A stretch of DNA of 63,143 nt, taken from positions 1 to 63,143 of the forward strand of contig JAADVB010000093.1 in assembly GCA_023334545.1 (NCBI GenBank). The letters run 5' to 3'. This document shows, piece by piece, positions 1 to 11,659 of the stretch (the stretch's first letter is position 1; every line of letters begins with the position of its first letter). The notes under the pieces are model-generated. The model was not told the origin of the DNA and searched no databases. It was given only the letters and a program-made list of their open reading frames with translations. The DNA is from Salisapilia sapeloensis CBS 127946. Taxonomy: Eukaryota > Protista > Oomycota. The translations under genes and the position numbers were made by a program.

Positions 1-298
1 CTTATATACGAGCGAAAACCTTTCGAAAGCACCAGCCCCGTTGGCGCGGCAGATGGCGGACACGACCTATAAAGGAAAGCTCTCGGGTTCGAGCCTACGC
101 GTCGACAGTGGTTTTTACAGGTTGCCCTTTTTATCATTTTCGTTTTTTAATCGAATTAATTTACGACGCGAACGCAGACCAGCGCTGGCCGCACTTCGCT
201 TCGGACAAGACCCACGCGAAATAAAGCTTCCTTTAAGCCATTCTCGACTCGTTTATCGTGCTTTGTCTTTCTTGCGTCGCTGGCGACACGCGCCTACA
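1..298 (+). mobile_element. Possible 3' part of a (solo) LTR, truncated by the window start
   Basis: TATA-like TATAAAGG near 68, AATAAA at 220-225 followed by a T/pyrimidine-rich tract, and a ...CCTACA end at 298. This is the order expected for LTR U3-R-U5. No partner LTR, PBS or gag/pol is seen. Confidence 0.25.
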
Positions 299-1411
299 TA
301 AGCGTAGATGGAGAGAGGTTTCCACTGGCGCGCTATCGGACCAGTGTGCGCTACTGCAAATGCCCATATGGATGCTAGGAACGAACTGCAGATGGCAGTA
401 TGCAAAGCTTGCAATATTTCCATGCGTTTTCTATCTATGTCGATAGAGCACGGTTATAGTGGAAGAAGCTACGAATCGGAGTGCTAGTTGAGGGCAAGTT
501 GCGAGTGTGTCTACACGTCAAGCTGTCAGATGAACCAAAAGTAAGCAAGAATAGACCATGTTTTGACATATCGTTCCATCTGTGAACCATACAGGATCCA
601 TTGGGTTAGTAAGCTAAACTTAGTTGCACACTGAGGACATGTTCGTTGAGAGTACAGTCGGGGATTATGCTAGGCAAAAGATGCATTGAGCAAACGAGGA
701 AATCATAATGTATACTATGTCTCGATAATTCCTCTTTTCCTAGTTGACGAACAAGGTATATCAAATTGAGTGGGTATGTCGATGTAGGCCTAATTCGCTC
801 CGGACAGAACTCATCCATATGTCGAGATTCTACACAATGCATGTTACGAAGAGCATGACAATGGAAGCGTCAATTTAAGGAGAGGATGGAGCACCAAAGG
901 CAAGTTGGACCGAGAATATTGAGCGGCAACTCCATTGGCACGATCCTTCACTTACTAATATATTCTAGCAACGATGGCAAAGTTATATCGAGGAATTTCG
1001 TTAGTTTTTCAATGCCATGTAGCTAGTCCGGATTGGCTATTCTCAGCGAAAGCAGAATGTCCCGATTCGACTACCGTGGACATGACTACAAAAGGTGGGT
1101 ATCCAATGACGCCGAGTCAGTATTCAGAGTGAACGCCGTCCTAGTAGCTTTATAATGCAGTATTTCCACATCATCTTTGGTGGTAACCTCGTAATTGAAC
1201 GCAACAGAAAGACCTTTGCGAACGAGATAGACTGCATTCAAACAACCTCCATCCAACTAGAACGCACTCAAGCAAAGCAAGATAGTGGAACATCTTTGTC
1301 ATGGTCAAAAAGCCCGCGAACATGGTTATCCACCACCATACAAAACTCCAGTCATTTTCAAACGCCGTGCGAAACGCTACGCACGAGGTCTAATAGCTAC
1401 TTCCGCCCTCC

Positions 1412-4400
1412 ATGCACATGTTCAAAGAAGAGTTTATCGGTGCAGTCACTTTCGTCCGTTTCTCGAAAGACGGATCAATCCTCTACGTTGGAGCTGGAGC
1501 CACGCTCTACCTGTACCACGCAGCAAATGGGGAGCTCCTCGCCAGTCATTCCATCTTCTCCCGTGGCATTCTGCATGGCGCTGACTTTGGTACGTCTCGT
1601 GTTATTCGATATCCACCACAAGCTATGCAAGCAATTTTAATGCTAATCTATCGTCTATCTACCTCTAGCAACCTCTAGTACAGGCGATTGGAGCCTCTTC
1701 TACGGTCAGAAGAAGCTCACGTACATCTCGAATCTGCCTTCCACCGTCGAAGAAGCAGTTGCAACGCAGAAGTTAAATCGAATCGGTTCAACCCGTGTCT
1801 TTGACGACTGGATTGTCGACGCTCGTATCCTGACAGAGGAAGATGAAAACGCGTCCGTACCTCCAATTGCAATAGGCTTTGCCAAGAACTACATTCAGGT
1901 ATGGGACGGTGGTATCCAGGAAAGACTCTCCACGATCCAATGCTCAGACCGCTGTGTCGTCTACGCTCTCTCGTTCCACGGTCGTCGGACGCAAGACTTG
2001 ATCGTCGCGTCTGGAACGGTCTTTCAGCAAATCCTCCTGTGGCATCCTTTCGCTCCAACCGCGTCGCAAGAGTGTACTCCTACCCAACGCTTGCATTCTC
2101 ATGACGGTGTCCTCTTCAAGCTCACGTGGTCTCAAGACGCCTCTTTCCTCGCCTCCGTTTCAGACGACCGAACGGTCCAGCTGTGGTCCAACGCCACTCC
2201 AGAAGATGAAAGTAAGCTGGAAGCTGCCTTCCTTCATGCTAACGAAGCGCACTCGTCATCTAAAGTCTCTGTAAAAGAGCAGGTGGCACGACCCTTCCAC
2301 TCTGTCTTTCGTGCGTGGGGACATGCTGCTAGGCTATGGGACGTCCAGTTCTGCGGCAAGTACATTGTCACGAGTAGTGAAGACTGTCTCGTCAAGGTAT
2401 GGACGCTAGGAGGTGTCTGTGCTGCCACGCTGCATGGGCATGACGGGAAGCACGTATGGCGAGTAGCAGTGCATCCGTCCAACACGCTCTTAGCTTCCGG
2501 TGGAGGCGACGGAGCTGTCAAGCTGTGGGACATGCAGCAGCAAATCGACTCGAACAAGGAGGCTGGGGAGTGCCCAAGCATTCATTTCACACCATCCGAA
2601 GCAAAGGACACATCGTCCAATATCCGGAGTGTCTTGCTGGACCCGACATCACATCATATAGGCTACGCTGCGATGGAGACAGGGGATCTATACAAACTAG
2701 ATCTGTCTCGGAAGACGTCTGAGAAACTAACAACTAGTCCATCGTCTCATGACGCTAGTCGATCAAGTGTCTCTTGCTTTGCATATGATCCAGAATCGAA
2801 ATGCTTCCTGCTTGGGGACGCAACTGGACACTTGCAACTGATCGACTCGGATAGTATGCAAGTTGTAGCTATGTGGAAGGGCCATCGGACGCGAGTGCTG
2901 AATATCTGGTGGAGCAAAGGAACGTCTGACTCGATCTTCACGGCCAGTGCCGACGGACTGCTTTGTGAGTGGACGAAGCCTAGATCAAGTGTAGATAAGT
3001 CTCTATCGCTAGTGTGTACGTACAAGATCACGGCCAAGGCTGGTGTCTCTAGTCTAGAGGTAGTAGAAACAGCTAGTCGATGCTACATTGTCTGTGGAGA
3101 CGGTAGAGGACACTTGTACGTTTTCAATCGTTTTGTAGAAACCTCGGAAGATCAGGTAGATGGGGTCGAGACCCAACCAGCTTCTGTACTAAAGAGTGTG
3201 CATGGCCGAGACTTGGTATCGTCCCTAGTGATGGACACCAAACGTTCCATTCTTCTATCCAGTGGTCACGACGGATACATTTGCAAGCACCGACTGGATC
3301 TTGCAGACGACCATGTCTCGTTAGAATGCATCGGACGATACCCTGTCAAAGGAATGACGACTATAAAACGCATGTGGCTAGATCAAAGCAACGACCTCCT
3401 CGCGTTCGGCTTCCATTCCTCCAGAGCCATCCTAGAGAACACAAGCGCTCACTATCGCCTCTTCTCCATCGATTGCGGCGGATGGAAGAGACCACATGAC
3501 ATCTCGATACTACCTCGGACATCTCTCGGCAGTCCAGCTCACACACTTCTCTTTTCTCCTACATCGTCCAAGGATGCAGACGTACCTGTGATCCAAGTCC
3601 ACTCGACCATTCCGACCCCTGTAGATAGAAGAGAAGCTCCTAGCGCATTCAAAGCTTCCATCCATGACCAGTTCCATAGCAAAATCGTTTACTGCCTAGA
3701 GTACCTAGAGGATGGAGAGCGAGTGGTAACTGGAAGTGAGGACAATAGTCTCCGTCTGCATCGACGACAGCAATGTAGAGCTCTGGCGTCTGGCTGGAGA
3801 TGGCGGTGCGTCGACATTGGAGTTGCACATACGACTGCCATCCGGAGCATGACATCCTTCCAGTACCTCGATGGAGACGTTGTCATTACAGGTGGAGGCA
3901 AGCACCGGCTGAACGTGTGGAGAGTAGGTACGACGGACGTCCTAGAGCACCTCTGCGGATACGAAAAGCAAGGTGCTGAGCAGGACCAGCGTATCTTGGG
4001 GCTGACTGTCCTGGAGCTAGGAAGTGACCATACGCATCAGCGACTGGTAGTGTCCTGCGACTCGGAAGGTGTCGTCCAGCTCCTACTCTTAGACCTCTCG
4101 TCCTCTCGACTCGTCGCTCTTGGACATGTGAGTGCGTCTAGTAAGCCAATCCTTTCGTGTGGGAGTGTCGACGGTCGAAAGACGAGAAGCAGCCTGCCTG
4201 TCGTCGTCACGGGAGCAACGGACGGAACGATCCACGTATGGAACTTTGCAGAGGTGACTGCCACTCTAGAGACCTTGCTCAGACAAGGTCAGTGGGAGGA
4301 AGCAGAGCTCCTTCGTCAAGTAGAGACGATCACAAGTCGAATGACCGTATCAGCAGCATGGAGAGCGCATGACATGGGTGTCAACTGCCTCGCTGTTCTG

Positions 4401-4763
4401 CCAACTGAGGAAGCCATCAACACATACGCCGTGGTAAGTGGTGGTGACGACCAGAACCTGTGCTTGAACGAGTTCGACGCATCCACTTTCCACCTCCTTC
4501 GTTCCAGTCGAAAGGTAAACGCCAGTGGATCTGCCATCCGAGCCGTCTGCAGCGACAACCGAGCGGTCTTTTCATCCGGGTACGACCAACGCGTCAGTCA
4601 CTGGACGATCGAAAGCGACCTCTCTCTAAGCTTCAAAGCGACAGTCGTCTCGGAATGTGCCGACGTCGCCAACGTCGCCGTGTGTCATCATGATGAAGAC
4701 TACCATGAGGTCATTGTCGTCGGCCAAGGGCTCCAAGTGGTTCGGTTCGAGAGAGAGAAATAA
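1412..4763 (+). CDS. WDR6: WD40 repeat protein, WDR6/Trm734-like; join(1412..1589,1669..4763), about 1090 aa
   Basis: Splicing GTACGT...CTAG (1590-1668) joins the 1412 ORF in frame to the 921-aa ORF. Many WD repeats (HDGVLFKLTW...SDDRTVQLW, GHAARLWDV, GHDGKHVWRV...GGDGAVKLW) and a C-terminal VVVGQG match the WDR6 family. Confidence 0.85.
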
Positions 4764-4998
4764 ACGAAAGCGCTTCCTTGCTTGGTATATATATTGAACG
4801 TACGGTTAAAAGCGGCTACGTCCACTTCCAAGGTTTTTTCCTATTTTGTGCTCCCATCCCGACTCAACTCGTCACACGAATCCAGTCCAGACGCAAGCTT
4901 CATGTCGAAATAATGCAAAGAGAAACGTCTTGTCCGTTGTTGTCGCACAGCCACTTCAAAATCCATCTCCGGCCACGGCCAACGACAGTTTCAGACGG

Positions 4999-5528
<530 letters not shown>

Positions 5529-5856
5529 TCTAGTCGATGTGGGTTGAATCTGGAGCGTGGAGGGAGAACTAGACCAAAAGATTCAGTATCAGTTTGTCGT
5601 TCTGTACTCGTGATGTGTCGGTCAAGGCAGGTAGTAGACAGTATGTCTAGCTCAAAAACAAAGACAGAGGTACTAGGAGACAGTTTGTCGACTGGAAGGA
5701 GGAGGAAGGAGAATCTAGTCGATGCGACATTGAAAAGAAGCGATTCCTTCTCGACTGACTCGAAAGCCCATCGGATACAAGGGTCCTCCTCGTGAACTAT
5801 CCAGTCGCACGAGCCTGTCTCGTTTCCTCGGCCTAGCCTTGCACCGAGGAGCATGG

Positions 5857-6140
5857 AAGCGCACATACCTTTAACGGTCGTTTCTTCTTCCGTTTGAGCT
5901 CTTCTTCGCTTTTCTCGCTTTGAAAACTTTTCACACTGGGTCAGGTCGGCAGAGGACGACAATAGTACCCACGCTTTGTCTTGGACGCTGTATGCTATCC
6001 ACAAAAAGAGCGACGGAGAACAGGTCGTACCCAGCTGGAGAACTACGGTATAAGTCTCGCGGATGAAGGTCCTGGCCGCCACCTCTCGCCCCAAGTAGCA
6101 AGATTTGGAGATAGGACACCACAAAGTGGTATGTGCGCTT
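5857..6140. promoter_or_regulatory. Probable bidirectional promoter of ATG8 and Rab1, bounded by two outward-facing 5'UTR splice donors
   Basis: G|GTATGTGCGCTT occurs on the minus strand at 5869-5857 and on the plus strand at 6128-6140. Matching branch/acceptor sites lie just before each ATG (minus: ACTGAT...GGTCTAG near 5570; plus: CTAAC...TTTCTAG at about 6718-6748). Confidence 0.45.
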
Positions 6141-6759
6141 TACCACTGACAAGAGTTAGGATTTGATTGCAAGTAGATGCATTGCTAGTATTGTCGAATC
6201 AGAGTACCGCATATTCTAGGTGTCTTTGCATCCAGTTAAAAACCTTCAAACGGAGGACGATGGCAACGTACTGGACTCTAAACTTCCATCCAGTGCACTT
6301 GCACTTTTCTAGTCGTTCTACGACGGCATGCAACGCCACGACCTTTTTTCCTTCTTCCCTCCTCTACTTCCTCCAAGTCTCCAAGGCTCTTCCCGAAGCC
6401 AAGTTTCCATCCTCTGCGTCTCTTTTCATTGGTGCTAAATATACATTATCACCCAATCGCCTAGAAAGAAGAAGCTCTGGGATCGAACCAAGACATTAGG
6501 AAAAAAGCGTAGGAACCGCAGACTCTTTGCTCTTCGACGCTAGACGCCACACGACCCTCCCCTGCCTCTACTTTGCTACAGACCAAGCGCTGACAAGGTA
6601 CATCTCCCTCTCATCTAGTTTTGATACAGGCAAGATACGTCGGATATGGTGGCTTGGAAGAAAAGATTTCGGGCCGAAAGCCTTCCGTCGCATGTATTCT
6701 CCCTCCCTCTTCCATCACTAACTCTTTTCTTTCTATCCTTGTTTCTAGACTAGACCAGC

Positions 6760-7538
6760 ATGAATCCAGAATAGTACGACTGACAACGTCTAGCTTGTAA
6801 TATTTCTCCATCTAACCTTGTCTCTCCCAGCGACTACTTGTTCAAGCTCCTACTCATCGGTGACTCTGGTGTCGGTAAATCCTGCCTCCTCCTGCGTTTC
6901 GCAGACGACACGTACACGGAGAGCTATATCTCGACTATCGGTGTCGACTTTGTACGTCAACTCAGTTCTCTACTAGCTACTCTTCCCCATCTTTAACGCT
7001 CTTGTACTAGAAAATCCGAACCATTGAGCTCGACGGCAAGACCATCAAGCTCCAGATCGTACGCTTGCCATGTTCTACCTACCATGTTCCTACTAACTCA
7101 GTCGAAATCTAGTGGGATACGGCCGGACAGGAACGCTTCCGAACCATCACCAGCAGCTACTACCGTGGCGCCCATGGCATCATCGTCGTGTACGATGTGA
7201 CGGACCAAGAGTCGTTCAACAACGTCAAGCAGTGGCTGCACGAGATCGACCGGTACGCCTGCGAGAATGTGAACAAGCTGCTCGTCGGCAACAAGAGCGA
7301 TCTGACCGCCAAGCGCGTCGTGTCGACGGACGCGGCCAAGGAGTTCGCCGAAAGCCTCGGCATCGAGTTCCTCGAGACGAGCGCTAAGAACGCGGCCAAC
7401 GTCGAAAAGGCCTTCATGATGATGGCGGCGCAGATCAAGAAGCGGATGGCCAACGCGCCTGCGCCGCCGCGCCCCGGCGGACACCGCCTGACGCCTGGGC
7501 AGTCGGTCCAGTCCAACGGAGGCTCCAAGTGCTGCTAG
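6760..7538 (+). CDS. RAB1: Rab1/Ypt1 GTPase; join(6760..6773,6831..6951,7011..7058,7113..7538), 202 aa
   Basis: [54 protein letters not shown] motifs and a C-terminal CC prenylation site. Three canonical introns keep the frame. Confidence 0.97.
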
Positions 7539-7665
7539 GCGCTTCATTTATCTCGGCTTTTACGTTTGCCTCGGCTTCTAGATCAGGACAAGGAATCATC
7601 CGAGAGCCTTTCTCTTTCATTTGCACCAACACTAGCTTCGTTTTTCTTTGATTTGTCTTGCCACT

Positions 7666-8823
7666 CTACTGCGATGGAAACTCAAAAGGGACATCCGACG
7701 ACGTCGTCGGCGCACCCGCCATGATCTCCAGGTGGTCGATACGCTCCTTGTTCTCGACGGCCCACGCCAAGTACTTCTGGAATTGCTGCGGAGACAAGTG
7801 CGACTGCATCTGCTGCAGCGTCGACTCCGTGCCGCCAAAGTAGAGCCAGTCATGCGCCCGCAGCGTCGTGAAACACTTGTCGATCGCACGCAGCTTACGT
7901 GCCTCGTCCTGAGTCAACGCCGCCAGGTCCCGGAGACGTCGACACTGGTCCTCCGACAGCTCAAGCTCTCGCAACGGTCCGTCCTTGTCGTCCACGTCGC
8001 CCAGGACCGCGGCGATCAGCGCCTGGTTCTCCAAATTCGCTCGTTCGATCTACTCTGTCGTTAGCAAGATGCTCCGAGGTAGATATCTAGATGCGTACGG
8101 CTTTCGTGTAGAGCGAGTGCTGGCCGAGGATGCGCTTCAAGAGACTCATCTTGGCCTCTCGGCCCATACGCGCATGCCGCTGATGCTCCCCTGATCCGTA
8201 CTCTACGCACTCGTTACCATCTCCTCTGTTTCCTACTCTACATCATACCGACCTAGAGCGTTCTTCAGGTCGTCGACACAGCCTTGGCCGAACGTGTGCT
8301 TATTCAAGAGTCCTAAAGCCTTCTCGAGGTCCGCCACCTCGGCCTCGTACGTTTCAATCACGCTCCGCTTCTTCTCTCGACGCACTCTTGCAGACGCTCG
8401 ATTACGCTCCAATCTACCATCGACCATGAATACCTCTACCGAATGGAAAATACGACGATTGTACCTGCGTTGGCGCCGATCGTCCTCCTCCTGGAGCTTC
8501 TGGTAGATAGTCAAAATGTCCGGCGTGTGCATGATCTGCTTGAGCTGCTCTGGATTCATATTGGCTGCATCCTCTGCTCGGAGCCTCGACAGTTCCCCAG
8601 AGCTCACTGCCGGTGTCTCACTCGATGCTTCGGGACCTCGAGAACTGTCGCTCGACCTCGCGGCAGTCCCTCGCTGCTGTGTCTCTGCGAATGGAAACGG
8701 CGGTCGCCACGTGTCTCCAGACGCATAGCCCATCGGGATGTCAGCACTCGAGCTAGATGGTGGTGCGTACGATGGTAAGGAAGGCGGCAGGTCGCCGTCC
8801 TCGCCGTCTCCGCCTCGCTGCAT
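7666..8823 (-). CDS. bZIP transcription factor, 4 exons
   Basis: After removing intron 8464-8414 the basic region reads RRQRRLERNRASARVRREKK (N-x7-R), followed by a zipper-like IETYEAEVADLEKAL. Two further GT-AG introns link it to the 7666..8034 ORF. Confidence 0.75.
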
Positions 8824-8912
8824 GTCGACGTTTGCTCAAGATACACTTGCTTTCACTATCGTACGGCCTAAAGGTCTCACGGCCAGCCACCACCATTCTA
8901 CCCGGACGCGTC

Positions 8913-11276
8913 ATGACGGCCAAGTGGACGGATGCACGGTCGAGAGAGCGCATAGGCGCGATTCCGATGACGCCAGGCAATGTCCAATACTCGGACGATG
9001 GCAAGCTGCTCGTGGTCACGGACACCAAGGTCCTCGTCGCGAGCTATCAGAACCGCGAGCTCGAGATGTACTTGCAATTCGGTCCGAGCGTCACCAAGAG
9101 CTACATCCAACTGCCATCGTCGACTGCAGATGAGCGACTGCCCATACGTCCACCAGTGCTGGAGGAATTGAGCAAACAAGACTACTTTGAGCTCAACCAC
9201 GACCAAGTGCCGACGGAAGGACTCGCAGCACTCTTATCTGCGTCCACGGAACGAACCAAGGCCGATCCACGAGAAGTCTCGATCGCGAGGAACGACGGCA
9301 ATAGCTTCACATCAGCTGTATTCGGTCCACGAGGCTCTGGACCGAACGCCACTTGTGCCGTCATGACACTCACGTCTCTCGGTCGCATCGGCCTCCACTA
9401 CTCTCCTGGCTTTAAGCTCCACTGGACACACGGACCAGTGCTTTCAGACATCTTGTACGACTATCTAGCGAGTAAAGGCTTTAGTATGAACGGCGACAGT
9501 GTGATCGACGTCCAAGATGAGCCAGAGGTAGCGCCTCGGTCGCTCAAGACGCGAAAGCGGTCTCGTGCCAGACCGTCAACCATGGCTGCAGAGAACATGC
9601 TGGCTGTCACGACTCGTAAGATCAATATGATGACAACCAAGACCATCGCGTGGTCTCCTTTTTGCCACGTTACGCCCACAGAACGCACGTCTCTCCTCGC
9701 GCTTGCCGGTCAGAACGTCGCTACCGTGTGGAAGTACGCTCCCTACGTAGATGCTAGCGACACGTGCTGTCTATCAAGAGCTCCTATCGCATGGATCGAC
9801 ACGGAGCAGTATGGTTGGGTCCTTTGCAGCGCATGGGAACGTCGTAATTATAGCAAGAAAGAACAGAGCTCGTTGCGTCTCGTGTTGGGCACTGCGTCCG
9901 GCAGCATCTTACTCTCGTCCATCCCTCTCTCTTCTCTCGAAACGACTCAAGTGTCCATCGACCGACACATTCCTTGTCCTCTTGCCCAGCCAGTACTCTC
10001 GTTAAGTCTCAACATGACCGACAGCAGCCACTTGATCGCTGCCTACGGATCCACCATCTCCGTCTGGAACGTCGAGCAGGAGCAGGAGCCTCCAACGGCT
10101 TGGAAGGCTCATGAAGGGAATATCACTGGCCTCGACACGGATACCACAGGGTCGCTCATCCTCTCTTCAGGTATCGATGGCGCCGTCCGCGTCTGGGCAA
10201 GTGCGTCTGGAGCTCCCGTGCCGTACAAATTCACCACACCAAGCGGCGTCGATAGTAGCTCCCACGAGAGCAAGGACGTTGCCAATCGATACCCGCTCTT
10301 TGGTGTGGCCATGTCCTCTTCCTCTGCCCAAGTAGCAGTTGTATACGTCGTCCCTCCGACGTCTCGACCGAGTCGACGGTCGCAGGCGGACGTGACCTTC
10401 TCCCGCGTCTCCTGTGCCTACGAGTACATTCCGTCTCCCGTCGCCCGCAACCGAAATACGTTTGCAGAGAGCATGGTGGCGCTTCTGGATAAGACGAAGA
10501 GGGTGAGTGCCTTCCGAGACGTCCTGTGGCTATGTCACGATGACAATCGGTCTGTCGAAGCTCTGTATGCCAGTGCAGCTCTTCCAAAGCTCATGAAGCT
10601 AGTCAAAGGTAGTGAAGATGTAGACGCTGCAGCTGATGACGAGGTCCAAGAACCGCTGTACATTGGACTGTGCGACGCTCTAGAGAAGAAGCATGAGGAG
10701 AGTCAGGAGCTCGTCTTCCTCCAAGCGTCCTACCTCTTACGTAATTCCATTCGACCAGTAGAACAGTATGCACATATACATGAAAAGAGACTAGAGCATG
10801 CCTATCGAAAGCTACTAGTGCATTGGGCACACGTATGTCTAACGGCATGGAAGGCTCGTAATACGAGTCTGTCGGAAGAAGAGCAGAAGAGTGCTCTGGC
10901 CATGGCAGACATCCTAAGTGTCCAGTCGTCTCCTGACTCCGTGAGTCTAGCGCAGGACGTGTACGACCACTTGTCTCCTGGAGACAAGGCTGGAGACAAG
11001 GCCTCTCCACCATCTCGACACTCGTGCTACATCTGCGAGGCTCCCGTGCCATTCGCAGAGCTCCGTCTCGAATGCAGTCGCGAGCACTCGTTAGATCGAT
11101 GCTTTCTATCCTTTGCACCAGTGTCGCCAATGGAAAGCTGCAAGTGCATGGGGTGTGGTGCCAGTGCTCACGTAGCGTCGGACGCTTTTTATTTATTACC
11201 TCCTGACTCTACTAGCCTAACGCTCGAGTGCCGTCTTTGTGGCAACGATTGTGTTCGGTGCCATGACCGGTCATAA
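8913..11276 (+). CDS. GTF3C4: TFIIIC subunit (GTF3C4/Tfc8-like): WD40 propeller plus C-terminal Zn ribbon
   Basis: N-terminal WS/YSDDG-like motif, WD repeat AHEGNITGLD...SGIDGAVRVW, and a C-terminal CxxC...C.xH.xxRC...CxxC...CxxCG zf-TFIIIC pattern. ATG 8913 was chosen because the upstream ORF extension overlaps the bZIP gene. Confidence 0.75.
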   Translation: MTAKWTDARSRERIGAIPMTPGNVQYSDDGKLLVVTDTKVLVASYQNRELEMYLQFGPSVTKSYIQLPSSTADERLPIRPPVLEELSKQDYFELNHDQVPTEGLAALLSASTERTKADPREVSIARNDGNSFTSAVFGPRGSGPNATCAVMTLTSLGRIGLHYSPGFKLHWTHGPVLSDILYDYLASKGFSMNGDSVIDVQDEPEVAPRSLKTRKRSRARPSTMAAENMLAVTTRKINMMTTKTIAWSPFCHVTPTERTSLLALAGQNVATVWKYAPYVDASDTCCLSRAPIAWIDTEQYGWVLCSAWERRNYSKKEQSSLRLVLGTASGSILLSSIPLSSLETTQVSIDRHIPCPLAQPVLSLSLNMTDSSHLIAAYGSTISVWNVEQEQEPPTAWKAHEGNITGLDTDTTGSLILSSGIDGAVRVWASASGAPVPYKFTTPSGVDSSSHESKDVANRYPLFGVAMSSSSAQVAVVYVVPPTSRPSRRSQADVTFSRVSCAYEYIPSPVARNRNTFAESMVALLDKTKRVSAFRDVLWLCHDDNRSVEALYASAALPKLMKLVKGSEDVDAAADDEVQEPLYIGLCDALEKKHEESQELVFLQASYLLRNSIRPVEQYAHIHEKRLEHAYRKLLVHWAHVCLTAWKARNTSLSEEEQKSALAMADILSVQSSPDSVSLAQDVYDHLSPGDKAGDKASPPSRHSCYICEAPVPFAELRLECSREHSLDRCFLSFAPVSPMESCKCMGCGASAHVASDAFYLLPPDSTSLTLECRLCGNDCVRCHDRS

Positions 11277-11659
11277 CTAGTTCTTGTCTTGAGCTTGCAT
11301 CCTTTCTAGTTGCTGTCGTTTCGACCGGAGTACGTCATCCTTGTTCCGTAGGAAATACACATTGCTCTTCTGGACGTACGTCGACTAGCTTGGCACGTGA
11401 GACCACCAATCAAAGACTCTAGTACATCCTACGTGGTACATACACTGTCATGTTTCGCCGTCTCTAACTCGGCAATCGCGACGCGAAGGTGTTGGATCTA
11501 GCATGTAGAAGCGATTAATACACTCTTTTGCCATCGTAAGAAGAGTTCTCGTACCTTTGCTTGCGTCTCCATCTCCCTCTGCACTTGTCCTGGAGGTATC
11601 TACTGCGCCTATTCCAGTGAGACGACCAACGCCCCTTTCAATCGACCAGCCATTCGACC

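Noticed and set aside
2983-2994. GATCAAGTGTAG matching the U2 branch-pairing region
   Set aside because: It lies inside the WDR6 CDS and the flanks do not match U2.
8757-8912. 52-aa N-terminal extension of GTF3C4 from the ORF track
   Set aside because: It overlaps the bZIP CDS on the opposite strand and reads like antisense sequence; ATG 8913 is preferred.
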